DNA of 58,609 nt, filler included, from Bipalium vagum (GCA_037834085.1; 3 parts of 3 records of this genome joined end to end with filler, not necessarily neighbours in it), one strand, 5' to 3'. Shown: positions 25,061 through 39,562, counted from the first letter of the whole stretch. Numbers and translations are program-made. Notes: generated by a model from the letters alone, not told the origin.

Positions 25061-28000
25061 TTTAAGACAAATATCGTTTTATTTTTTAGCAATTATCGGT
25101 GCAATTAAATTTATTTAAATCGTTGATAATAATAATAATAATAAATAAATAAAAAATATTAATAAAAAAATTTATAAAATAAAATAATGATAATAGAAAT
25201 AGTAAAAAATTTAATAATATTAAAAGTAATAATAATGTTAATAATAATAGGAAAATAATATTTATTAAATAATATTTAATAATAATAACTATAATAATAA
25301 TAATAATATTATTATTTCAGTTTTTATTTTAAATCAATTCTGTTTCAATTCTTTTTGCATTTATTATTTCTCAAAAATTTCTTTTCCAACAATAATCAAT
25401 GTAATACAATGACCTTTTTTTGGCTTACATGGTTGTCCAGCTTTTCCTCTTTATTGTTGAGCTGGGTCTTTTTGATTAAAGGCCATCGTTTTTCACTGAA
25501 CTGAGACAGCGAAGTAGCTCAGTCACTGTGACTTTTGGAGGGAAAAGTTTGATAATGAAATTCAATATGCTTTCAGGTCAAATTTTGTCATTCCTGCTCA
25601 TTTTTCGAAGAGTTGTCCTGCTTAAATGGAATGAAAACTTTCTATATTTTGACAAGAATGTTTATACGTAATATAATTTTATTTAACAATAATAATAATA
25701 ATATAATTATTACTATTTTATTATTAATTATTATTTTTTAATTAATAATAATTTTATTGATATTTAAAAAGAGATATTAATTAATGTAATTAAATACAAT
25801 AAATTTAATATATTAATATTATCTCTTACAGAAAGAAATACATTATCAGAATTATTATGAAATATTATTTAAATTATTATTAACAAATAAACTTAAAAAT
25901 CTTAAAAAAATAGAATAAATAAAAAAAATGTTTACTCGCCATCAAAAATGTTACATGAAATATTATTTTTATTATTATCAAAGAAAAGAATTATTTTTTT
26001 AAACCTTCTGTGCCCCATGATTTATTGTTTCCATCAAACAATGGCCGAGACATTTCCCATTTGTCTTCTTCTATAATTTAATTTTTCCACGTTAAATATT
26101 GAGTAAAAAAAATTTGGAAAAAAGTCACTTTCGACTTTCCTTTCATTCTTTTCATTTTCAAAGTAACTTATCGTCTCCCTCATTTAACAATAATTATTTG
26201 AAAATTTCCTCCTTTCCCTAACCATGGCGAGAATGAAAAGCAATTTTGTTCTTATTTTCGGAAACATGAAAAATATATTTATATTTATATTTATATATAT
26301 ATTTCGATAGTTCTGATGTCCATGCTCCTAAGAGCCAATCAACAAATAATTCAATTAGCCAATGATGTACGATTCTGGTTATAGATAAATAATAATAATA
26401 ATTATTACTATTGTGATAGGAATAAAAATGATCATTACTATAATAGTAATAATAAATAATTAACCTGATATTCGTTGGGAAATTAATTTGTACATTGGAA
26501 AAAAAAACGTTCTTCATGGAGCACTCAAGTACGCCGTCTTCGGGATATAAATCATTTTCAGTTTCATTTGTAAATCGGGTTCTTCTGTCTTTTCTGTTTA
26601 TTTTCGTTTGTCAAATCAATTCGCAAAGCCTCAGAGAATACAAGTGGCCTTTGGAACCGGGTAATACTTTTTCCATTGAAAATGTCCTATACATTTTTCA
26701 GGTTTATTTTTTCAGATTTTTATCATCGTTATTTTATTCATTTTTGAAAAGCGAAATTTAACAATTCGCAATTATTTCGTAATTATCATTTTTCTTGTGC
26801 TTTTTGTGTAATTCAATATAGGTAATAATTATACTAACAAATGTGATATCAATTATCATTTTTTAATTATAATAATTGTTTTAATTATTATCAGTTCTCT
26901 GCTCTAAATAGAATTAATTTTAAATAAAAGCAATTAATTAAAATAAATATTAATTTTAAAATGAATTTATACGGTGATAAATAAATAATAATATAATTAT
27001 TTTTAGTAGTAATAATAATAATGAATTGAAAAAATTATTAAAATAAAAATGTAACTTTTCACATGAGGGTAACTAGGAAGAAAATAAAAATAAAAATTTT
27101 AAATACTGATCTTTGAAGCCCTCCACATTTTGAGTTATTATGCTGGTGTCCTTAGAAGGATTGCTATTGAAAATCAATTATGTAAAATAAAGGCTTACGT
27201 GACCTATATTTTTCAATACTTTGTTTTGTGAACTGAATTAAGAACACGTGATCGGTCTCTAATTGAGTTAAACAACAAAGGAGAAGCAGATAAACGAAAA
27301 AGAAAGCTGTTAAATATAACGCACATTTAATAGTAAGAAATGTTAGCTGGAGTAAGAAAAGTCTACATTGGGAGAAGCAGCTGTCTGTCAAAAATTGCTT
27401 TATGTCCTGAAAAATTGTCGTAACAAGCTACGAAAAAATTGTTAATTAAATCTACGCATGTATTTGTAAAAATTTTGCAAATTATTCCAAAGGGAGAATT
27501 TTCACGGGATTAAGAATCACAGGATTTTATTGAATTATTTTTAAACAATTAAATTACAACCAAAGGACATAGTCTTCGGCGGCAAGTAAAGGTCTATGTA
27601 AACATTTCCAATGTCTTTTTAAGATGGAAATATTAATACACATTTACTTAATATCTTCAGCACTCAGCCATGTTGTCTATCAGCAACCGTTAAGTGCTGT
27701 GAGGTCAAATACCCTTTCAGCATCTCTGAAAAGAGATAAAATCAGAGAAATATAAGGAATGTTCAAAAATAAAACTTGTAAAGTTTAATTGTGAAGAGGA
27801 TAGGTTGACTGTATTTCCTCCCTTTTTATAAAAGATTTGAGGCTCAACTAACCCTTTCTTAATTTTCTTTACTTTAAATTGACTATGGAAAAATCATTGA
27901 AAATAAAGTACGAGGTTTGTCATGGAGAACAACGGATGACCAAATTTCTTTTTAATTCTGTACCTTATTAATATTTATTTATTACATTAAATATTTGAAA

Positions 28001-28569
28001 CTTTTATCTCTCTCTGTTTTCTTGTTTACCCGTAATTCTTAATAGAAGGTGACACATTCTTCTAAATTTTCATTCCTGTCAAATGAAATAAAACTTGGAA
28101 TCTTGTTTGATTGTCTTAGTAGATTTTCAATGGAAAGATAAGGTCTTAACTAGGGGTGGGGAGTGGGAAACGTAAAGTTAAAAAGTCGATTTCCAAAAGT
28201 TGAATCAGTGAGCCATATTATTAAGAAAAATCACCACATTTGTTAAGACAGTCGTTAAGAAACCTTACCTAAAAATTGTTTGACTGAGATTTGACTAAAC
28301 AATTTTCAGTCCATGTCTCAAAAAAATTTCATTAAAAATCAATTGATAAATTAGATTTGATGGGAAGGACTTGACTTTAATTCCTCATATTTTAGCACTT
28401 CCGAATTTTATCAATTTGCTTTCACTTTTGATGTTCTGGAATTGAAAACGGAAGTACTTCTGGGAAATGCAGAAGAATTTAGATCAATCGATTTCTGATC
28501 ATTTTAGCCGTAGGAAACTGGGAAAGTTTGTGGTAAAACAAACCTAACTAAATATACATGGATTTGTTT

Positions 28570-28800
28570 TCAAAATATCGCCTTTAAAGTCAGTACACTT
28601 TTACATGCTTTGAATCAATTTTCTCAGCATTTATCACACCTTCAAGCTGCTATATCAGATACCAATAGATCGAATATTGCAAAAACTGCTTCAGACGACG
28701 AAAGCCGCTGACCACGTGATTTAGTTTAGATAAACGAGGACAGAAAGAAGTCACAAGGTATCAAGGACGGTGAATGCGTTTTATGTTCCATTAATTCTAC
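28570..28800 (-). mobile_element. Mariner C-terminal remnant
   Basis: HSPSLIPCDFFL...RGQRLSSSEA and a degenerate YFEKQ end. Confidence 0.6.
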
Positions 28801-30769
28801 ATTTTTAGTGAGCTTGCGAATCAAATCTATTATTATTTTCATTTTCTTTGGTCTATTATTTTCACATTATAAATAAAAAAATCTATCTTCCAAGTCAATG
28901 ATTGCAACTCATAAAAATGAAAATTATGGATTTGACGTTATTAGCATAACTCACCGGATTGAAATGTTACTCTAAGAAAATCATATATGTTTTCCCTTTA
29001 GTGATTTTCCCCTCAACCGATTTCACAAATGAAAAGTTGCCCATGATAAAATCAGACTCAGCTTTATATTAATATAAAAATATTATTTTAGGCCATTGGA
29101 GTAACAAATCATATATTGTGAATGTTTACAAGTTTCCAATGATTAATCTAATTTAAAATTATAAAGTATGTAATCATAAAAATGATGAGTAATAAAAATA
29201 AATATAATTAATATATAATATAAAATAAAATAATGTAATATGAAATAAAATAATATAATATAAAAATATATATTATAATATGATAAAATATAAATTTAAA
29301 TATAATATTATAAATCTAATACAAATATAATATAAAATAAAATAAAATAATATAATGTATCATAAAACATATCAGTAAAACTTTCAAGGTTAACTTGATT
29401 TTCAACGCTTATAGCCTAACAAATATTAACTGAAATTGATGAAAGCATTCTTTATCACTGGGTTTTTTTCATTTAGCTTTATTCATTTATGATATGTTAA
29501 TTAATAATTGATTTTTCTAATTAAACTCGAAAAATCTTGAGTTTTGTATATAGCAAATCATGATGATGATAAAATATCAGCTTCATTGATCGGCAGCAGA
29601 CGGAGAGAGGATTTAAAGAGATCTTAAAAAATAGATCAAATATGTAGACAATTTGTCGCTTTTATTTTGATTTTAAAAATAAAAATTGATGAATAAGTAA
29701 TTATTTTTTTATAAATATTAAAGGTTTTTGACCGAATAATCTGTGATGCTAAATTGAGATATTTAATGAATTATCCTGACAAAATTGCAAATGAGGAATA
29801 AATTATTAAATAAAAATTTTATTAATCAAAATAATTTCAATATTCCCCCCCCCCCTTTTTTACTGTGATGATCAAAGAAACTTCACTATTTTAAATCTTG
29901 TCATATATGTTTTTATATTCATATGGCGGTTTTGATCCATAAAATTACAATGAACAGTTACAAAAAAATATTAATATGAATAAAAATCATTTCTCTCAAT
30001 TTGTTGTTGTTACAAGTTTATTTAATTCGAAAAATAATTTTTGAAGTTCTTTGTGGCAAATGATCTTCGTGATATATTGGTTGTTGTACCTTTCCCACTT
30101 AAAAATACGCCCAAAAACCTCTAAAAAAAGGTGATAGACAGGATTCGAAGAGTACTCAAACACCATTGAGGGACTCATATTCAAACTGGTTTTGTTTTTG
30201 TAACACAGATTGCGCAATTCGATATATTATTCATCCTTTCTAAAAGGTTTTGTTTAGTATTTTTTAAACAACGAATAACTAGAAACATTAAGATAAGTTT
30301 TATTAAAAATTATTAAAAAACAAAAATAACAAAAGTGCAATTGATTAATTTTTAAAATCTTTAAACATTATAATAATATTTGAAATGTTCTAAACAGGGA
30401 AATCCCAGAGATATTATAAAAAGTTTACAAGAAAAAGTCTTTACTACTATTAGGTCTACAAATTGAAAAGGAGCCTATCTAGCAAATAGCTCCAAAGTCA
30501 CTATTAAATCGATTTTTTTGCTAAATATGTAAATATTAAGTTAAAAGTAATTATTAAAGGTAATAAATTAATCCTATAAAAACTTTGTTTTAATATTCCA
30601 TATATATAGAGATAAATCAAATGGCATTTCCAAAAATAAATAAGAAGCATTGATTATTGTTTGCCTAATAATAATTTCTGAAATCATTTATTATGAATAA
30701 ATAATTCATAAATATATACATATGTATATAAAACTCATAAATATATTTAAATCATTTGATATCATTTCT

Positions 30770-30940
30770 CAGATCTACATTTCCATGTTGAAATTGTTGA
30801 AATCATCTCCTGCATTGACTATTACTAATAATAAGATCACCAAACACACCGCTTATTGTTCGGTATGATTCTGCGACAGTCTTTCCTTGTTTGAAATCAT
30901 ATCACACACAAATGCGAATTTTTTTTGGTTATTCATATTT
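30770..30940 (-). mobile_element. Mariner N-terminal HTH remnant
   Basis: MNNQKKIRICV*YDFKQGKTVAESYRTISGVFGD...QCRR*FQQFQHGNVDL. Confidence 0.75.
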
Positions 30941-31734
30941 CTATGCTTATTTTCTAATAAAAAATGAATGAAATGAAAGATAATATTAATAATATTTTGA
31001 GATAAATATAAATTAATAAAATTTATAGTCTGCGATTTCGTGAGGACTTTTGCATTATTTAGGTTTATTCATTAAAACGTGAACTTCTAACTTCTTATTA
31101 TTTTTTCTTGTTCTTATTATTATTATTAATCTCTTTTTATTTGATACTGAAATACACAGGGAAATGACAAAATAAAAAGAATTTGCTATAAAAAGTCAGT
31201 AATTTTATTTAACATAAAACGAAGATTGGGCTTTAGCCTCCAGAGAATGAGAACAATGTGAGATAAACAAGATTACAAATTGATAGACATCAGCGAAGAT
31301 AAAAAATACCATTTTGCATAAATATTTTTTATTCCGTTAAAAGTTCTCCCAATATTTTATAATATTTTATACATATAATTAAGCGATGTCAATTAGTAAA
31401 TTGAGGAAATCATTCTGGAAATGTTATTGTTTTAATTGTTTCTCCTTCAGTGCATTCATAAAATGAGCCAAATATATAAAATGTACATTTTAATGATGTC
31501 TTCAAAATACTTTAATTATTTAATGTACATCCTATACATTAGTAATGAAAAATTTCTTTATATTTTTTATAAAACTGTTTCCGTTTTATTTCAATTTACC
31601 ATTTTTACATTTCCATTTTATAAAATCGACATTAACCAAACTATTCATTTTTCTTATTCACAGGAAAATATAAATTATAGATTTACCCAATTTTCAGGTA
31701 TTTGGAATTTCATGATGAGAAAAAAGATGATTTA

Positions 31735-31870
31735 AATAACCTTGAAAAATATTTATTTACAACTTTTTGTCAACTGTCAGGTAAAAAATATATACCCCAA
31801 TGAAAAAAGTCTTTGGGTTTTGATTGAATGAAGTTGTCAACGAATTTCCGAACCTCTTCAGCCCTTGTTT
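31735..31870 (-). mobile_element. Mariner C-terminal remnant
   Basis: EEVRKFVDNFIQSKPKDFFHWGIYFLPDS*QKVVN; same family as 20860-21320. Confidence 0.75.
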
Positions 31871-33559
31871 GGGAAATTATTCTGGTTGATACGGCAGCAG
31901 TTTTTATTTGATTGAACAGAGGCAGCGAATATGCATTTTACCCATTTCCATATTATTTCCTGTAAATAAATATTCTAATTTAAATAAATTATGAGACAAT
32001 ACATATGATTATAATCAATATTGGCTTATTTAAAGAAAAATATTTACAAACAAAGCGTATACAATATTTTAATAGTTCTTATATCATAAATATCTGTTCG
32101 ATAGAAACTTGTGCACACCCATAGTAGAATAATTTATTATATTAATTAATATTTATTAAATTAATTAATCCTTAATTTTTAAAAATAGTCATTTTTATAA
32201 AACCTAATTTTAATAATTAAAAATTATCCTTATATTTCTAAGAATTTAATTTGGTACTTTTGGCAATTTTATCATCATTAAAAAATGCGATTTTATAATT
32301 AAAAATAAAAAATATTACAGAAATTCAATTAAAAATTATTTTGGAAAATTACTGATTTTTAGTTTTTCTCTTAATATAAAGCAAACTTTAAAATTTCATT
32401 TGTTGTTTCGAATCAAAGAATGATGTAAATGTAACATTTGTCCATATAAAAATCATTTATCAGCCGACGACATTTTTTAATATTTTTTTTTAAAAATAAA
32501 GTCTAACAATGAACTTTCATTTTAAAACTAATTTTTCTTTCGTTATTTTTCTTTTATTTTTTTGTTAAAAAATTTTTTTGATTTATTAATTTTTATTAAT
32601 AATATAAATAATAACCCTTACATTAAATGAAGTCATAATAATATTCCAGAATAATGATTATAATTTTATAATTAAATAATCAACCGCGAAGCCAAATTAT
32701 TCCAGTTTTTCTGATAGTTATTTGGTAGGTTTCTTAGCTTTTTTATATACGATATATTTGTAACCACTTATTTTTTATATCCATCTAAAAGCTTGTGTTA
32801 TTAATTAAGGAAAAATAATACATTTCCTCGATATAAACTACTTTAAATAAAATTATTTATTATTAAATATTTTTCGTTGTTTAAATTCATGGAAATGATA
32901 ATCGGTAACAGTTTAAATTTAAAATAAAAAAGGAAATTAATTTATTTCCAACGTAGGACCTGTGATTTATTTTGGTTTCTGAAAAATCTGAGAAAATCAT
33001 TTAATTTCAGAAAGGGAACAGTCCGTTTCTGATCTATTATAATAAAATTTACCAGGTTATTTTACACAAAATGACTTTTTAAAATATAATTAAACTATAT
33101 CAAAAAGACACGTGTAACCATTTTTTCATCAAAATATTTCCCATTGTTCTCAATACACTTCTGATATCGAGACAATAAATCATAAATTTAAGGCCAACAC
33201 ATCTCATTTTCTATGATTAACTATGAAAAATCAGTAATCTTTCTCTGCGTTTTTGTTACTAAATGAACCTTACTTCCTGGGATACTGAAGCTTCCTGGAC
33301 TCTTTTAATAGTACATTGATCGTTTATAAAAGTTTTATATACTAGAGATTGCTGATAAAGACAGGATATTATTCATTATTTATAATAAAGTAGGTTTGCA
33401 TCCAAAAAAGTTTACTGAGTCCTGATAAAGGCATACCCAGCACAAAAAATATTAATGCTGTTATTGATAATCTATATTAGTCAAATCTTAACGACCTGAC
33501 TTTATTTTTATAATGGTTAGGTTCAGTAATATCCTTATTGGTAAATATCTCCCTAACAA

Positions 33560-33880
33560 AGAAATTACAATGAACAAATAAAACTTCAATTACTTATCAA
33601 AATGCAAGTATTGCATCAATAATGTCTCATCTATCATTGTGTATTGTGCAATGAACTTTATAATTCTTTTGGAATGTTTTACATCATTATGCATAATTTC
33701 CTGATTTAATTTTTTACATAACCTTTTTGTTACTTGATAAATTGTTTAAACGTCATAAGAACTTCAGTCTTTAGAAGAAATCAATAATCATCTGGAAAAA
33801 TATTTCAGTCAGAATTTACTGATAGCATCATAAAATTACCCAAATGATGAAGACAATTAACCGAACATATAATACAAGCA
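33560..33880 (+). mobile_element. Highly decayed mariner C-terminal remnant
   Basis: QSLEEINNHLEKYF...DSIIKLPK** pattern. Confidence 0.4.
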
Positions 33881-34092
33881 TATATTGTTTAAGTTTGTGT
33901 GCTTTAAAAAATTTCTTGTAATTCAAACCAATGATAATCAATTTCTGTTAGAACAAAGTTTAGCTGAAAGTTTTAAAAATAATCGATTTTCATAAAGAAT
34001 TTCAAACTTATCACGTTTAAATAATTAAGAAAAATGATTTATTATGAAAATTATAATAAAATCAATAATATTTATGCTAAAATTATTTTATA

Positions 34093-34342
34093 CAGGGTTT
34101 ACAGTGTAAATTAACGATTTTTAAACTTAAATTAGAGAGAAAATCTTCAAATTCAAACAACTGCAATTTGCATAAAACATATAAATTCAGAAAAGGTTCC
34201 TCTACACTTTTATATTTCTTATTGTTGATTGACGAGTACTGGTCTCAAATTGTTTCTTATTTTATTTCTACTTGTAAAATTTTCAGTTTAAACAATCTTA
34301 AAGTTAAGTTAAACATTCGTTAATGTCACACTGTAAATCCTG
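34093..34342. mobile_element. ~250-bp Tc1/mariner-type MITE
   Basis: Left TA-CAGGGTTTACAGTGTAAATTAACGA versus right revcomp CAGGATTTACAGTGTGACATTAACGA; no ORF inside. Confidence 0.8.
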
Positions 34343-34506
34343 TGACATTAAAAGAATCAATATTAAAATTAAGGTAATTTTGATTAATTAACAATATATA
34401 AATATATATTTATTTAGTCTTGTGAACAGTAATCTTTTATTTTTTAAATAAACGCCATTTAACGAATTTTTACGAAAACACAATATTTTATTCAATAAAC
34501 TAGTAT

Positions 34507-34606
34507 NNNNNNNNNNNNNNNNNNNNNNNNNNNNNNNNNNNNNNNNNNNNTTAATTAATTAANNNNNNNNNNNNNNNNNNNNNNNNNNNNNNNNNNNNNN
34601 NNNNNN
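34507..34606. other. Artificial scaffolding spacer N44-TTAATTAATTAA-N44
   Basis: Same 100-bp structure as 16397-16496. Confidence 0.95.
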
Positions 34607-35039
34607 ATAATTGTCAAATTACATTTATTATATAATGCGTTTTTTTAAATTTATAAATAATTAAAATGTATAAAATATTTTCAAGTTTTTAATAATTTAT
34701 TAAATGAGATTATATTTTTAATATTTTACTCAATGTTATCTAATATATTTTTATACTTTTAGAAATATATTGTGGTTAACTATGGCTTATTAAAAATTAT
34801 TTTTTACACAGTGAACTTTAGATCATAAGAAATAATAAAGTTGATTGTGATATATATGATATTACAAAAAATTTAATTTTTTCAGCTATTATTTTATTAT
34901 TTATATCTTATGTATTAAATGATTTGTTTGAGTGCTATTTTTATAATATTATATTTATTAGTATTCTGCTAGTTTTATTATAATTAAAAAGACATTTTTA
35001 AAAAAATTTATTTAATACCATTTTATAAAAAAAATTTCC

Positions 35040-35430
35040 ATTTACAGATGACATTCGATCATTTTTTAGGCTAAGAAGAAAAGCAGCTATCAATCCATTT
35101 TTGAATATCTTCGTCGGAACTAAACTGCTTATTAGTCGTTGGGAAATGCGTCCTTGGCTAACATTTACCACAATGAAAAGTTCGGTTTACGTTTGAAATA
35201 GGTATTCGTGTAGTAATTCTGCCAATTGCTCGTGTTCAAAAACTTTTTGTGGTGTAACATATTCTTTGCTGATGATGTCTTCATCATCTGAATCTGCAAA
35301 GTCATTCTTTGCATGTCGTAGCGAAGAAGCATATTTTTCGTACACTACTACCAGCAAATGGTGTGTTTCTGCACATGTTTTCTTTTTTAAAAAGTTAATG
35401 CAACATTAGTTCTTGCAAAAAGGTTTACTT
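35040..35430 (-). mobile_element. Mariner (Mos1/mauritiana-like) N-terminal remnant
   Basis: PQKVFEHEQLAELLHEYLFQT*TELFIVVNVSQGRISQRL, homologous to ORF 45156-45446. Confidence 0.7.
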
Positions 35431-35677
35431 TGAACAAAATTGACTTGTGAATTTCTGTAATATTTAAGCAATACCCATTTGAAATAAATGAAAGCGTTAA
35501 ATTATTTAGCCATCCATCTCATATTTCTCATTTGGCATGCTTTTGTGTGTTATTTCAGAAAATTATATATATTTGGTATACAACTATGACTCCGCCTTTT
35601 TTTAAAATAATAATAAAAATTTCTTTGTATATATATCTGAATTATATTGAATTAATTTATAAAAAAAATATCATATA

Positions 35678-37405
35678 CCCTAAAGTTCCGTGTATATCGC
35701 AGCCATGTATAACGCACAGCGTGTTTTTTGTAAAATATCGTCTTTTTTCTTTGAAAAACGCGCAGCATTTTTTCATGTAACATTAAAAAAACTGCTTTAA
35801 ATGTAATTATATGAAATTAAAATGTTTCATATCCAAATTTATCAATAATGATTATTGGAAAAATTAAAAATTAAATTTCGTTTAATATTCAACTTTTCGA
35901 ATTTTTCTGTTTGAATTTTATTTGAAGATAAAAATTAACTTCATTTCACTATATATTAATTATCTTTAAGATTTTTAAGAAAAAAAACGTAGAAAATCAT
36001 ATTATACAGCTGCAAAATTGAAAGTAATTGAATGCGCAAAAATCAATGGCAACAGAACAGCTGCAAGAGAATTCAACGTTTGGAGAATCAAGTGTTTGAG
36101 AATGGAGGAAAACAAAAGAAAGGCTTAAATTAACAAGAGCAACAAATAGAGCAAGAAGAGGAAGAGAAGCATTTTGGCCACAGATAGAAGAAGCTCTGAA
36201 AAAGTGGATATTAAAACTTAGAAAAGATGGCAGACAAGTCTCCGCAACATCTATTAAATTAAAAGCAAGATCAATAACAGAAGAATATGAAATATCGAAT
36301 TTTAAAGGAATTAACAGATTTATTCATAGAAATCAGTTTTCTGTCAGATTAGTCACATAGCATAGTAGACAAACTATGCCTACAGATTGGAAAAAAAATC
36401 CGAATTATTCTATTTTTATTTAAAAGATAAAAATCAAGGCGTTAATGAACAACAAATAGGAAATATGGACAAAGTTCCTATGTGTTTCGATATGCCAGGA
36501 AACTAAACAATTGAGCAGAAAGGAATAAAAATGTCAAAATAAACACCACGGTTGCTAAAAAATGTAACTTTACGGTTGTGCTAACTGTCACTACTGACGG
36601 TGGAAAAATACCTCCCATGGTATTATTTAAAAGTGCAACTATAAATTTAATTAAATTTCCAAAGGGTATCATTGTTCAAGGAAATGAAAAAGGTTGGATG
36701 GTTTAAAGTATGGTTAGAAGAGGTTTGGCGAAAGAGACCTAAATCAGTCTTCGAACCCAAATCTATTCTAATGTTTGATTCTGCTCCTTCGCATTTATCA
36801 AAAATAGACGCTAAGAGATATTCAACAATTGCTGTAATTCTTGCTGGATTAAAAAAAATATTGCAACCATTGGATATCTCAGTCAATAAAAGTTTTAAAT
36901 CAAAAGTTAGAAATAAATGGGAACGTTGGATGATTAGTAAATTCCATACATTCACAAAAGGTGACAAAATGCGGAGAGCATCATATTCTACTGTTTGTGA
37001 ATGGATAAACAAGGCATGGGAATCAATTACTCCCTGCTGCATTGTTAACGGATTTAAAAAAGCCAGCATCGTGGACCGTCTTCATAAATTGAATGACTTC
37101 TCTGATTCAGAGCCTGCTAAGTTAGCATATGACGAAGAGGAAGATGTACTCAAATTGCCAAAGGATTTTTTGGACATTCTTTGGATTCTTTGAATTTTGA
37201 ATCAGAAAATGAAAACGATTTTTTAAAAAACATTTTGGCTCCCACTTTTGTTTTTTTATGTAATCTTTTTGTACAATTTGGCATGTATAACGAGCATAAT
37301 ATTTTTCAAAAACATTCTTTTTTCTTTATATAACGCGCACCCATGTATAACGCACAGCGTGTTTTTTGTAAAAATATCGTCTTTTTTCTTTTTATAACGT
37401 GCGCA
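35678..37405 (+). mobile_element. pogo/Tc2 (POGK-like) transposon pseudogene
   Basis: TA-CCCTAAAGTTCCGTGTATA left end; Brinker-type DBD (KLKVIECAKINGNRTAAREF), CENPB-type HTH (WPQIEEALKKWI), DDE_1 motifs IGNMDKVPMCFD, FTVVLTVTTDGGKIPPMVLFK, LMFDSAPSH and LQPLDISVNKSFK; several frameshifts. Confidence 0.92.
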
Positions 37406-37869
37406 GAAAGGAGTATCTATTATGAATTTTTAAAATCTTCTCAAACACTAACTGGTGAACTTTATCGATCACAATTAATTTGTTTTAAGCAAGTTTTTAA
37501 TGAAAAACGACCGGAATGTGAGACTAGACACGAAAAGATAATTTTAGACAAGGTACAAAGTTGGATATCTCACCCGCCCTATTCACGAGACATCATTCCT
37601 TCGGATTACCATTTGTTTCGCTCTTTGCAATCAGCACTTTTGGGAGAGCGGTTCAGTTCCCTTTAAGACCTCTAAAATTGGATTGACAGCTGGGTTTCAT
37701 CAAAAGAGCCAGAGTTTTTCTTTCATGGAATTAATTCGTTACTGAAAAGTGGGCAAAGTTTGTAGCTTCCAATGGAAAATATTTTCAATAAATGTTTTTA
37801 AATAACATTTGCATTAAATGTCTTTGTTTTCTTATTTTAAAAACCCGGGTCATAGTTGTACACCTAATA
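37405..37869 (+). mobile_element. Mariner C-terminal half with right TIR
   Basis: YYEFLKSSQTLTGELYRSQL...HPPYSRDIIPSDYHLFRSLQSALLGERFSS; TIR GTCATAGTTGTACACCTAATA at 37849-37869. Confidence 0.88.
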
Positions 37870-37949
37870 TATTGTTACTTATTTGTTGTGATTTTAAAAA
37901 ATATAAATTTCACTTATAATATGTTTTGCTTTCTGAAAGTCTGGAAACT

Positions 37950-38600
37950 TTGGATCTCTATGGTTCCATCCCTCTATGAGCCCTCAACAGGGATAGTTTT
38001 CAAGAAACGTGTCATATCTCGCGGTCTTCAGAAAATTGCATCAATGTAATATAAAGAAGGAATTAAAGATTTATAAATAACCGTAAGGATAAGATGTCAC
38101 TTTAAAGGAAGCTGACTTGATAAATGAAAATGTTAAATTAGTAAATTTTGGTGGATTTGGGGATCAGAAAAAAATTAATAAGAACGTCAAATCAGTTGAA
38201 AACTACAATTCCAAAATAACTGAAAAGTATTTTACCCTTTTTCAAAGTCTTGGACTTAAATCTGCAATTTAAACAACAATACAATCATTTCATTTGTCAA
38301 TTCTAGTGTTAAGTTTTGACTTTTGAGGTTTAATTACGTAAAAGATATTTGCAAAACTTAACTAAGCTCGTATTGGATTCAGAAGGTTTTATAGAGTGTA
38401 ACGTTCGAAAAATAATCTGCGGTTGCTTTACAATATGTTACAATAGAGCAACTTGTAAGTGCAAAGAAAGAAATACAAGGTGATTCAAAAATCATAGCGT
38501 TTGAAAAAAATAAAGCATCCAAACAACTGAAGATACAAAAATACTCTCCAATATTAGTGAGAGCTGAAAGATCACATTTTCTTGTCAACAAATTATCCCT
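37950..38600 (+). mobile_element. Possible hAT-like (DUF659-type) transposase remnant
   Basis: VISRGLQKIAS and KYSPILVRAERS resemble TCLAHGLHRVAE and KYAPITSxDVERS. Confidence 0.35.
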
Positions 38601-39562
38601 TACTGACCCTAATACTATTATAGAAACACTTATCAAACTTTTGCCAAATAAAAAAGTTAAACCCTTTTTATTTCCATATCGTCGTAAGGAGACAATAAAA
38701 TCATTTGAAAAAAGATCTTGAACAATGAAGATATTAAAAGCCGTCTGAAAATGAAAGATATCATTGATCATTTCAATAGAGAATGTGTACAATATAACTT
38801 GCTTGAACAGAACCCGCTTAAACAGATTTTTTTGCTAAAACAGAACATACCTCGGTCCCATATTTTTGCCTTCCTATCTTTACTATTACTTTTTGTTCTG
38901 TTTAGGCGATTATGTTTAAACACAACAAATTTTAGTTTAAGATTTTTAATTTTTAACTTCTAATAATTTTCATTTTGTTTATGTTTCAACTTTGTTTAGT
39001 TTTCGTTTACTTTATAATTATTAATATATAATATTTAATTTGTTTTTCTTTACTTTTTAAATTTATGATTTATGATTTACAATATTCCAATTTCTTCACA
39101 AATACTTCTTGAAAAAGCAGCTCAATTGGCTGAAAGATTGAAAATTAAATATATCAATTGTAACGTACAGTAGATACTCGATTATAATAAAACAGAAAAC
39201 CGCGACCAGAACGATAAATTTCATAAAATTACAAGTATCACAGTTACATGTTAGACCAAACATTCAATTGTTATATCAGTAAATATTTGTTGGGTTTACC
39301 CAAGACATCCCCCGGGGAAAAATAAGCAAGAAAACCCATAAAAACAGTACAAATATTAATAATAATATTATTATTAATAATTAAAATTAATTAATACTTG
39401 AAAAATAATTTAAAATTCCCAGGAATTTTAATTTCAGAAATACTTAAAAAAATAAAACAACCTTCCAAAAAAAATTTTTATTTTTGAAGTCTAAAGTAGG
39501 TATTTTATAAATGATAATGATCATCATAAAATATGCAAAAGAAGTTAGAGTTATTTGCTGAA

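Noticed and set aside
25400-28500. Several GC-richer patches and short ORFs (26218, 26495, 27164)
   Set aside because: Probably ancient TE debris; low-complexity or unrecognisable peptides with no splice-consistent exons.
31870-31965. Apparent minus-strand exon after tttatttacag
   Set aside because: All three frames hit stops and the sequence runs into a mariner C-terminus; no TRPC similarity.
36647-37069. 140-aa minus-strand ORF
   Set aside because: Antisense shadow of the pogo DDE domain.
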